NCBI GenBank assembly: GCA_043228905.1
Contig: JBHGNT010000013.1
Location: 6,820,001 to 6,884,000, forward strand
Source: Azolla caroliniana
Taxonomy: Eukaryota > Plantae > Polypodiophyta
DNA length: 64,000 nt
Direction: 5' to 3'
Positions 27,685 through 37,267 of the stretch are shown here, piece by piece. The notes beneath the pieces are model-generated. The model saw nothing but the letters and a program-made list of their open reading frames with translations, made no database searches and had not been told where the DNA came from. The number at the start of each line of letters is the position of its first letter. The stretch's first letter is position 1. The position numbers and the translations under genes were made by a program.

Positions 27685-28441
27685 TTTTTTCACCTCCATC
27701 CTATTGAGCTCATGATCTGTACTATCTTTCCATCTATACAAATGCTTCTCAAGAGAATGCATCTCATGTTTCCATCTCTCACCCTCTTCTTCAGTCAATG
27801 TGGTAAAACCTTCAATACATCCTCTTAGTTCAACCAGCACACTTTGTAAAGCATTGGTCTCAGCCTTGGGATCATGGTTCAATCTTCCCTTCTTTGAAGC
27901 CTTGTTTCTCATCATCTGGATGTCTTATTCAAACTTAGGCTATTACACACGCACGTACATATTTCACATCAAAATCTCTATCTATTACCAAAATTACATA
28001 TTAGAATCAAGATGCCTCTGAAGAAACTGCATTAGAATCTCCTTGAAAAATGCACACAAATATTTCATCATCTTTCATGGATAGTGAATAAAATCCTTTT
28101 CGGACTAATTTTCTGTTGATCTTAGGTAGCAAAGAATGACATGTAAAACATCAAAACCCTCATCACGATCATTTCTCTTTAGCAACAACCAAATCTTTGG
28201 AGAAGCCATATATACATAGTTCATCATATTTCAAGTATCATTGCTCAAGTTTTTCCTTCTTTCTTTTACTCGGAATTCTACAAAACATACTATATTCCAT
28301 CAAGGTTAGTGTTCTATCCCCATTTTTGTTAGATTTTTTTGTCCACATTAATAAGTAAATAAAATGGGCCTTGGACGCCCAAAACTTGTATTTTTTAAAA
28401 TAGTGTGAAAGGGGTTCACACAAGAAGACGTTACATATCTA

Positions 28442-29518
28442 CCTCTTTGAGCAACGTTTGGAACGACAACTACAGATGCCGAGGGCAAGATCAGAGCCCA
28501 CCTACGCCTCAATGGTAGCAAGACCTTTTCCGAGGGAGTCATATAATGCGCCTCCAGCGAATACTCCGACTCCGATGGAGATTGACACTACACGTCGTCG
28601 AGGGCCATTATCCGAAGAAGAAAAGCAGCGACGCCATACAAATCGACTATGTCTTTACTACGGTGGACCAGGACATATTGCAATAAATTGCCCCCATAGG
28701 CCAAGAAGACAGGTAAACCAAATAGTTGCTAGTTCTCATTGTGCTAAACCCGAGCCTATTTTAGTAGGGATATCTGATAGTCCTAATAGTACTAATAGCC
28801 CAAATCTAGCAAACAGATTTGATGTCCTTAGTCAGTTAGAAGAAAAGTTAAACGACTAAGTCCAGCCAAAATAGGAGCCATTTGGTTGGACAGCCCTAGA
28901 TCTATGCAGCCCATTAGTGGTTCCATTCCCTCTAAGCAAGTTAGTGATGTGTTCGTAGCCCAAGTAATAGTTAGTACTAAAAGTACCCCTCCAGTACATG
29001 TCCTAGCACTCCTAGATGCCGGAGCTAACTCTTGCTTTATGGTTAAGAAATTTGCTCAAGCTCATAAGATATCCCTAAGAAAACTACAGTGTCCAGCCTC
29101 TGTAGTAGTCATTGATGGACGTCCCATTGCTTCCAGAAATATCATAGAAGAGTCAGAGCCCATTAATATTGTCCTAGATAACTTAGCATGTGTAATATCA
29201 TTTAATATTATTAGTATCCCAGAACATCCCATAGTTTTAGTATTACCGTGGTTCGAGTTACATAACCCAGACATAGATTGGAGAACAAGAGAAATTCGGT
29301 GTCGACAAACCCAAGGGTCAACTCAGAACATGGCAACCATTTCGCTACGTCAGTTGCGTAAAGAAGGGCACAAGGAGGAAATGTTCCTCTTTGCAATATC
29401 AGTAAACCCCTCCAGCACCACTAAAGAAGGATCCACCGTTCAACTTCCCGAGAAGTATCGTCATTACGTCGATGTGTTCGATAAAGTACACGCCAACACA
29501 CTTCCTCATCATCGACCG
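28442..29518 (+). pseudogene. Tcn1-type gag end and protease fragment, near-identical to 40737-41812
   Basis: ORFs 28458-28859 and 28886-29551 match 40750-41154 and 41181 onward almost residue for residue. Confidence 0.93.
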
Positions 29519-30554
29519 CACATACTTTTTAACTTTTGTAAATTCACATGACCAATCCTCTTATGCCATAAATCAATTTCAACAATCTTTTCATTTCCGT
29601 ATGCAAAGCATGTTCTATCATCTTTCTTAATATCCATAGTAAACATCATTCCATCTTTTTTTCCTTTAGCAATCACCCTATATCCTTTCTTAGGATCTTC
29701 TATAAAACACCCTTTATAATTAAATTTTACTTGTAATCCTTTCTCCACCATTTGTCTTGCAAAAATCAAATTCTTTGTGATCGTGGGTCCATGCAACACA
29801 TTAGTCAACTGATTTGTAGTACCACACACATCTTGTAATGATATGTGCCCAACCAATTCAATACTATGCCTAGAATCATCCCCAGTTTGTACATAACCAA
29901 CACATTTGGAGCATGCAAATTCTCAAACACTTATTGTATGACATATGGTTACTACATCCATTGTCTATATACCAAATATGATCAATATTTTTATTGTTAT
30001 TACTCGACACATGATTCATAACAAGCAAATTTTTTGAATTGTCTCGACTTTTAGATGTAGAAGCATAATTATTGTTACCTTGATTTCTATGGTAACATTG
30101 ATGCGCATAATGACCTTGTCTTCCGCACACATAACACATGACACTACCTTTTCTAGCTCCATATCTACCTCTTTGAGTATTTGTACTTCCACCTATTCTT
30201 CCTCAACTATTCTCGTTACTTTGATTTTGTTGACTTTGTTCTTGAAACTGTGGTCGAAAACTCCTTCCTCTTCTACGACTTCGATTGTATCTGCCTCTTC
30301 CTCTGTTTCCTACATAGAACACTTGAGACTGATTTAAACTAGGGGTTGAACCTTGCAAGTTCATTTCCTCTGTTACCATTAGAGCAACCAACTGATCAAA
30401 ATCAGGCATACTATCTCTAAAATATATTGATGTAATGAATGATTTCCATTTATCATCTTCCCTTAAACCATTTAAACAGAATGTAACTTTATCATTATTA
30501 TCTACCGGACTTCCAATTGATGCTAACATATCTATCAAATCCTTGATTTTCAAG
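29519..30554 (-). pseudogene. Ty1/Copia gag-protease-pre-integrase fragment (element D)
   Basis: CYVCGRQGHYAHQC knuckle, WYIDNGCSNHM, DLWHKRIGH; cut by the hAT end at 30555. Confidence 0.9.
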
Positions 30555-31476
30555 CATGGTTGTAACATACGTAGCATACCGTACACGTACAATACGTATG
30601 CTACATATTTTATAAATATTCGAAAAATAATTTATAAGTTCTTCGAATACATATTTACGGGTAAAACACGTTGAATACGTTGAGTAAGTTGAGTACATTG
30701 AGTACGTTTTGAATACGTTGAATACATCAAATACTTGAAAACCACTGATGTTGAATGCAAAGATACTTGTAATTTAAATACTATATAGTAAATACCAATT
30801 ATCTTTATTGCCCATGGATAAATGGTTATCTATGTTTCAATACATTATACACGTGATATGCATATTTTAAATGAAAGCGGACACTGGAGATTTGAGAACA
30901 CAATTGAAGTTTGAACCAAAACACATATCATTTGAACCCTCAAATAATGGAAAATGAATAGAGTTATTAAAAAACTATTAGAATTTAAAAATTTCTTCAA
31001 AGTTCATACTCATAGTCATAGATTGACCCATGCATGAAATTCGTAGTATTCGACATCCGTAATATTCGTAAAATTCAAGAATACAAAATGACCCCAAGAA
31101 TAAATTACACAACCATTCGTTTATTTATTTATTATTTAAAAAAATAAATTTTACATCTACTATATAAGAATATTAGTTTAACGATTATATTTCTTCTTCT
31201 AAATCATCATTACAAGATTCCGTTGTTGTATTATCATAGTTGTCCACATAATCACTATCGGAAGATGAGTATCAATATTGGTTGTTGATGGAGGCATTTC
31301 AGGAGTCTTGTCAATGTCTATCTCATCTGGATTTACCTAAAACAAATAATATTTTGGTATCATAATAATGATTCATAATATTTAAACCACAACCAATTAA
31401 CAAGGCTTGTTAATTAACCGACAAAATTCAAATGGTTTTCTAAACATCAAATGTCAAACATGAATAAGAAAGATGT

Positions 31477-31547
31477 TGTCATGGCAAGACTCGAACCCAT
31501 GACCTTATGCTACATGGGTCGAGGTCTTACCATTAGACTATACATTA
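31477..31547 (-). promoter_or_regulatory. Antisense tRNA-like Pol III A/B-box module at the LTR left end (also at 36794, 39491, 44679 and 61588)
   Basis: Minus strand reads TA-GTCT-AATGGTA-AGAC-C-(17 nt)-AGGTC-ATGGG-TTCGAGT-CTTGC: A box 31540-31530, B box 31497-31487. Confidence 0.7.
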
Positions 31548-31769
31548 TAAGTTGTAGGATATTATTTTCATTTATGTTTTATTTTAGAAATTGATGTATA
31601 TTCCAGATTTCTCTGGAACATTCTAGAAGCTTCAGGATTACTCTTAGAAATACTATAAAAGAGGGCACTAGGCGTTATGTTGAACCAAATTGGTTCAACG
31701 CCAGTCTTAAGCCTTCTAGCCACAGTTGTACATTCTCTTCACGTAATACATATATTTCTCTCATCATTA

Positions 31770-31801
<32 letters not shown>

Positions 31802-31946
31802 GTCTCGCTCACTTCTTCCTTCTCTCTCAAGAAGTTCTACACCCCTCATAGTACTAATCCTTCGTTTAGTACTAATCCCTTCTCTGTAGTACTAATCCTT
31901 CGTTTAGTACTAATTCCGTCTCCGTCTTACTACTGATTCCTGACAG

Positions 31947-31960
31947 TTTGAACCAATTTG
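31947..31960 (+). promoter_or_regulatory. Self-priming primer-binding site (Tf1-like)
   Basis: ttgaaccaatttg (31948-31960) is the reverse complement of caaattggttcaa (31686-31698), ~32 nt downstream of TATAAAA (31654); no TGG tRNA PBS present. Confidence 0.85.
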
Positions 31961-32025
31961 CCCTTCCTCTCCCTCTTATCTCTCCCCTTTCCTACTAGTC
32001 TCTTAATTCCTCTTCTCTTCATCCC

Positions 32026-33216
32026 ATGGCCACTGTTAGCGCTGAAGAATATCAATCCGTTTTTTCGGAGTTTCAATGTTTGAAGGAGAAATTTCATGCT
32101 TTGGAACAAGAAAACCAACGGTTGCTGGGGGATCTTCAACAAATCTCCTTAGAAAAACAGCAAACGCAGCAACAGCATGGGGAACTTGCTTTACGCGTAC
32201 AACAACTCGAAGCAACCATCGTGGCGATGCAACAACACGGGCCCGCAACACAAGGAACTCATAAAGAACCCAAGATTGGCCTTCCCACGAAGTTTGATGG
32301 AACGCGATCGCAGTTTAGAGGGTTCCTTAATCAGGTACGACTAGTTATTCAAATGCATCCTTGTCGATATCCCACCGATGCATCACGAGTGGGTTTAGTA
32401 GGAACTTTATTAAGTGGCTCAGCGTTGGCGTGGTTCGCTCCCCTATTAGAAAAGGAATCCCCGTTGCTCAATAATTTTGAAGAATTTATCGGTGAGTTTA
32501 AAGCATGTTTCGGAGATACTGACAGCATCAGAACCGCAATCAACAAAATTCGGCGATTACGTCAAGGTGATCGTCCAGCCTCCGCATACGCTGCAGATTT
32601 TCGCCTACTCGCCGCCGATATTCCTTGGGATGATCAAGCGTTAATGGAGCAATTCCGTTACGGTTTACGCAACGATGTCAAGGATTTACTCTTGACCTTC
32701 CCCGAAGAGCCGAAATCCTTAACAGAAGCAATTAGTCGCGCGGTAAGATGCGACAACCGTCTATTTGAGCGTCGTTCGGAACGACAACTACAGATGCCGA
32801 GGGCAAGATCGGAGCCCACCTACGCCTCAGTGACATCAAGACCTTTTCCGAGGGAGTCATACCTTGCACCTCCAGCGAATACTCCGACTCCGATGGAGAT
32901 CGACACAACACGTCGTCGAGGGCCATTATCCGAAGAGGAAAAGCAGCGACGTCGTACAAATCGACTATGTCTTTACTGCGGTGGACCAGGACACATTGCA
33001 ATAAATTGTCCCCATAGGCCAAAAAGGCAGGTAAACCAAATTACTGCTAGTACTAAACCTGAGTCTATTGCCTTAGCTACGCATGATAGTTTTAACAGTA
33101 CTAAAACCGAATCTATTTCCCTAGGTGTGCATGATAGTCCTAATAGTACTTACAGTCCGAACCTAGCAAACAAATTTGATGTCCTTAGTCAGTTAGAAGA
33201 AGAGTTAAACGACTAA
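32026..33216 (+). CDS. gag: Gag (coiled coil, capsid, CCHC zinc knuckle)
   Basis: 396-aa ORF; LPTKFDGTRSQFRGF, LRQG...YAADF, PMEID, CLYCGGPGHIAINC. Confidence 0.97.
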   Translation: MATVSAEEYQSVFSEFQCLKEKFHALEQENQRLLGDLQQISLEKQQTQQQHGELALRVQQLEATIVAMQQHGPATQGTHKEPKIGLPTKFDGTRSQFRGFLNQVRLVIQMHPCRYPTDASRVGLVGTLLSGSALAWFAPLLEKESPLLNNFEEFIGEFKACFGDTDSIRTAINKIRRLRQGDRPASAYAADFRLLAADIPWDDQALMEQFRYGLRNDVKDLLLTFPEEPKSLTEAISRAVRCDNRLFERRSERQLQMPRARSEPTYASVTSRPFPRESYLAPPANTPTPMEIDTTRRRGPLSEEEKQRRRTNRLCLYCGGPGHIAINCPHRPKRQVNQITASTKPESIALATHDSFNSTKTESISLGVHDSPNSTYSPNLANKFDVLSQLEEELND

Positions 33217-33256
33217 GTCCAGCCAAAATAGGAGCCGTTTGGTTGGACAGCCCTAG
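33204..33256 (+). promoter_or_regulatory. -1 ribosomal frameshift signal: G_TTA_AAC, 6-nt spacer, stem/pseudoknot
   Basis: Stem gtccagccaaa (33217-33227) pairs with tttggttggac (33238-33248); loop tagg can pair with ccta 33252-33255; conserved in four copies. Confidence 0.85.
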
Positions 33257-36200
33257 ATCTGTGCAGCCCACTAGTGGTTCCATTTCCTCTAAGCAAATTA
33301 GCAATGTGTTCGTAGCCCAAGTAGCCGTTAGTACTAAAAGTACCCCTCCAGTACATGTCTTAGCACTCCTAGATTCCGGAGCAAACTCTTGCTTTATGGA
33401 TAAGAATTTTGCCCAAGCTCATCAGATATCTCTTAGAAAACTCTCGTGTCCAGCCTCCGTAGTAGTCATTGATGGTCGTCCCATTGCTTCCGGAAATATC
33501 ATAGAAGAATCAGAGCCCGTTAATGTTGTCCTAGATAATCTAGCATGTGTAATATCATTTAATATAATTAGTATTCCAGAACATCCCATAGTTTTAGGAT
33601 TACCATGGTTTGAGTTACATAACCCAGACATAGATTGGAGGACAAGGAAAATTCAGTTTCGACAAACCCAAGGATCTACCCAGAAGATTGCAACCATTTC
33701 ACTACATCAGTTGCGTGAGGAAGGGCACAAGGAGGACATGTTTCTCTTCGCAATATCAGTACAACCCTCCAGCACCACCAAAGAGGAGTCCATCGTTCAA
33801 CTTCCCGAGAAGTATCGTCAGTATGCTGATGTGTTCGATAAAATACAAGCCAACACACTTCCTCATCATCGACCGTACGATTGCCCCATCGATCTACAAC
33901 CAGGAAAGGAGCCGCCATGGGGGCCAATCTACAATTTGTCACCTACGGAGCTAGAAGTCCTTCGAGCCTACATAGAGGAGAATTTGGCTAATGGTTTCAT
34001 TCGGCATTCAAAATCTCCCGCAGGCGCACCTATTTTCTTCGTCAAGAAGAAGGACGGATCTCTTCGCCTTGTTGTCGACTATCGTGGCTTAAATAAAGTC
34101 ACCATCAGGAATAGGTATGCACTGCCCCTTATCTCAAGTCTTTTAGAACGAATCAATGGTGCCAGGTTCTTCACGAAGATCGACTTACGAGGAGCATATA
34201 ACCTCGTACGAATTCGACCAGGAGACGAATGGAAGACGGCGTTTCGTACTAGATACGGGCACTTCGAGTATACAGTCATGCCGTTCGGTCTCACTAATGC
34301 GCCGGCAGTCTTCCAGCACATGGCGAACGATATATTCCGAGACCTGTTGGATAATTTTTTGATCATCTACTTGGATGATCTATTGGTTTATTCGAAGACC
34401 CAGGAAGAGCATGATTCTCATGTACTATCAGTACTAAAACGACTTCGAGAACATGGTCTGTATGCAAAACTAGAAAAATGTAGTTTCGGGTGCAACCAGG
34501 TGGAATTTCTCGGCTATGTCATCTCCTCAGAAGGCATCTCCATGGACCCAGCTAAAGTCAAAACGGTGGTGGATTGGCAGACTCCGCGTTCGGTGCGGGA
34601 TGTGCAGTGTTTTCTAGGCTTTGCCAATTTTTACCGGAAGTTCATACAAGATTACTCAAGGATCGTTCTGCCTCTCACACAGCTTACCAGAAAGGGGCAA
34701 GCGTTCATTTGGTCTGAAGAAACAGACTTGGCTTTCGAGAATCTGAAAAAGGCGTTTACATCAGCTCCAATTCTGGGTCATGTCGATCCAGAAAAACCAT
34801 TCATTATCGAAGCTGACGCATCGGATTTCGCATTGGGGAGCATTCTGTCACAACATGGTAATGACGAGAAGCTACATCCTGTGGCTTTTCATTCACGAAA
34901 GTTTGACGCCGCCGAAATCAACTACGAGATACATGATAAGGAACTCTTGGCAATAGTGGATTCATTTATGCAATGGAGGCATTTCCTAGAGGGATCCCCT
35001 CACCCAGTCACTGTATTCAGTGACCACAAGAACCTTGCCTACTTTCAGGATGCTCGTGTGCTGAATCGACGTCAAGCCCGGTGGGCCCACTTCCTCACAC
35101 GTTTCGACTTCAAAATTACTTATCGACCGGGGAAGCACCAAGGGAAGGCGGATGCATTATCACGACGTTCATATCTAGCACCGCGTCCCGGCGAGCCAGC
35201 CTTCGACAACCAAAAGCAGGTCATCTTGGGACCGGCACGACTACAAGCAGCACAGATCTTCGACATGCCCATGGATTCTCGCGTTATCGATACCATACGG
35301 GAGGACTTGAAGACAGATGCATTCGCCCAAGCCATTCTAAAACAAATCGATCCCTCTCAAGCATCTTGTTCGGAATCGCAACAACCAGGTACGGATTATC
35401 GGCAATTCCAATACCATGATGGATTACTATTTTTTAAGACACTCTTGTATGTTCCTAATGGTACTGGTCGCCTTCAAGTAGTCCAAAGCTGTCATGATAC
35501 ATATACTGCTGGGCATTTTGGTAGTACTAAAACATTAGATTTAGTACAACGCTCATTCTGGTGGCCCCACATGCGACAATTTGTCGAAGATTTTGTTCGG
35601 ACTTGTGATACATGTTGCAGGGCAAAAATGCCAAGGCATCATCCATATGGTTTGTTAGAACCATTACCAATTCCGAGTAAGCCGTGGCAATCCATTGCTC
35701 TAGATTTCATCACGGACCTCCCGATGTCTAAGGGATTCGATGCGATCTTAACAGTCGTAGATCGCTATACGAAGATGGCTCATTTCCTACCATGTACTAA
35801 AGAAATATCCAGTGAAGGAACCGCCGAGATTGTTATGCGCGAAGTATGTCGGCATCACGGCCTCCCTGATAGCATCATCAGCGATCGTGGACCCCAATTC
35901 GTTTCGAAGTTTTGGAAGCACTTCTTTAAAATGCTTCAAGTGACTTGTAACCTTTCCTCCGGCTACCACCCGCAAACAGACGGCCAGGCAGAACGAACAA
36001 ATCAAACGTTGGAGCAGTATCTTCGGTGTTTTCTAAGTTACCATCAAGATGATTGGGCAGATATTCTCCATTTCGCCGAGTTTGCATATAACAACTCCGT
36101 CCACTCCTCAACAAAGGTTACCCCATTTTATGCTTACACAGGTTGTCATCCCCGATGGTGTGTAGTTGAAACCCCAGAATTGCCCACGAATCCTTGCGCA

Positions 36201-36782
36201 GAGGATCGTCTGGAGCGATTACACAAGATACAAGCGGATCTATCTACTCAGCTCCAGCAAGCTCAACAAGCACACAAGGTTTATGCGGATCGTCATCGAC
36301 TTCCATCCAGTTTTGACATTGGCGATCGGGTATGGCTGCTTCGACGACACGTCAAGACTACTCGCCCATGTGAGAAGTTGGACAATCGGCGGTTAGGTCC
36401 TTTCCGTATTATCGGGAAGATTAATGATGTTGCTTTTCGGCTCGAACTCCCTCCGCACCTTCGGATTCATCCGGTGTTCCATAGTTCTCTCCTCGAACCC
36501 TATCGCGAAAACACCATTCCAGGCCGTATTCCACCACCTCCACCCCCGATCGAGCTTGAAGATGGACCTGAGTACGAGGTTGCCGCCATCCTTGATTCCA
36601 AGATTACTCGCAACAAGCTCTACTATCTAGTCGATTGGCTAGGATATAGTCCCAGCGAGCGTACTTGGGAGCCGATCGAGAATGTGACCAATGCTCGTGC
36701 TCTTCTCGAAGACTTCCATCGTCGATATCCACACAAACCGGGTCCTCAATCCAAAACGACTCGTGGCACTCGTCGTTTTTAA
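33210..36782 (+). CDS. pol: Pol (PR-RT-RNase H-IN-chromodomain), expressed as Gag-Pol by a probable -1 frameshift
   Basis: LLDSGA, YLDD, DASD, HHCC, DDE and GPF motifs; C-terminal chromodomain YEVAAIL...YLVDWLGY...TWEP; frame is -1 to gag and open from the slippery site; no upstream ATG. Confidence 0.96.
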   Translation, partial: RLSPAKIGAVWLDSPRSVQPTSGSISSKQISNVFVAQVAVSTKSTPPVHVLALLDSGANSCFMDKNFAQAHQISLRKLSCPASVVVIDGRPIASGNIIEESEPVNVVLDNLACVISFNIISIPEHPIVLGLPWFELHNPDIDWRTRKIQFRQTQGSTQKIATISLHQLREEGHKEDMFLFAISVQPSSTTKEESIVQLPEKYRQYADVFDKIQANTLPHHRPYDCPIDLQPGKEPPWGPIYNLSPTELEVLRAYIEENLANGFIRHSKSPAGAPIFFVKKKDGSLRLVVDYRGLNKVTIRNRYALPLISSLLERINGARFFTKIDLRGAYNLVRIRPGDEWKTAFRTRYGHFEYTVMPFGLTNAPAVFQHMANDIFRDLLDNFLIIYLDDLLVYSKTQEEHDSHVLSVLKRLREHGLYAKLEKCSFGCNQVEFLGYVISSEGISMDPAKVKTVVDWQTPRSVRDVQCFLGFANFYRKFIQDYSRIVLPLTQLTRKGQAFIWSEETDLAFENLKKAFTSAPILGHVDPEKPFIIEADASDFALGSILSQHGNDEKLHPVAFHSRKFDAAEINYEIHDKELLAIVDSFMQWRHFLEGSPHPVTVFSDHKNLAYFQDARVLNRRQARWAHFLTRFDFKITYRPGKHQGKADALSRRSYLAPRPGEPAFDNQKQVILGPARLQAAQIFDMPMDSRVIDTIREDLKTDAFAQAILKQIDPSQASCSESQQPGTDYRQFQYHDGLLFFKTLLYVPNGTGRLQVVQSCHDTYTAGHFGSTKTLDLVQRSFWWPHMRQFVEDFVRTCDTCCRAKMPRHHPYGLLEPLPIPSKPWQSIALDFITDLPMSKGFDAILTVVDRYTKMAHFLPCTKEISSEGTAEIVMREVCRHHGLPDSIISDRGPQFVSKFWKHFFKMLQVTCNLSSGYHPQTDGQAERTNQTLEQYLRCFLSYHQDDWADILHFAEFAYNNSVHSSTKVTPFYAYTGCHPRWCVVETPELPTNPCAEDRLERLHKIQADLSTQLQQAQQAHKVYADRHRLPSSFDIGDRVWLLRRHVKTTRPCEKLDNRRLGPFRIIGKINDVAFRLELPPHLRIHPVFHSSLLEPYRENTIPGRIPPPPPPIELEDGPEYEVAAILDSKITRNKLYYLVDWLGYSPSERTWEPIENVTNARALLEDFHRRYPHKPGPQSKTTRGTRRF

Positions 36783-37086
36783 GGGGGGAATAGTGTCATG
36801 GCAAGACTCGAACCCATGACCTTATGCTACATGGGTCGAGGTCTTACCATTAGACTATACATTATAAGTTGTAGGATATTATTTTCATTTATGTTTTATT
36901 TTAGAAATTGATGTATATTCCAGATTTCTCTGGAACATTCTAGAAGCTTCAGGATTACTCTTAGAAATACTATAAAAGAGGGCACTAGGCGTTATGTTGA
37001 ACCAAATTGGTTCAACGCCAGTCTTAAGCCTTCTAGCCACAGTTGTACATTCTCTTCACGTAATACATATATTTCTCTCATCATTA

Positions 37087-37118
<32 letters not shown>

Positions 37119-37267
37119 GTCTCGCTCACTTCTTCCTTCTCTCTCAAGAAGTTCTACACCCCTCATAGTACTAATCCTTCGTTTAGTACTAATCCCTTCT
37201 CTGTAGTACTAATCCTTCGTTTAGTACTAATTCCGTCTCCGTCTTACTACTGATTCCTGACAGATGT

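Larger units (their letters stand above)
31477..37262 (+). mobile_element. Intact, very recent Tcn1-type Ty3/Gypsy chromovirus
   Basis: 469-bp LTRs 31477-31945 and 36794-37262 with no difference seen; TSD GATGT (31472-31476, 37263-37267); PPT aaggggggaatag; gag and pol both open. Confidence 0.98.

Noticed and set aside
31477-31547. Functional tRNA gene
   Set aside because: Anticodon and acceptor stems do not pair and the T-stem is weak; kept only as a tRNA-like promoter module
33211-33243. Stop-codon readthrough or TTG initiation of pol
   Set aside because: Readthrough stays in the gag frame and meets TAG five codons later; the -1 frame is open from the slippery heptamer
32026-36782. Domesticated PEG10/RTL1-like host gene
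   Set aside because: Flanked by LTRs and a TSD with multiple copies; it is a retrotransposon
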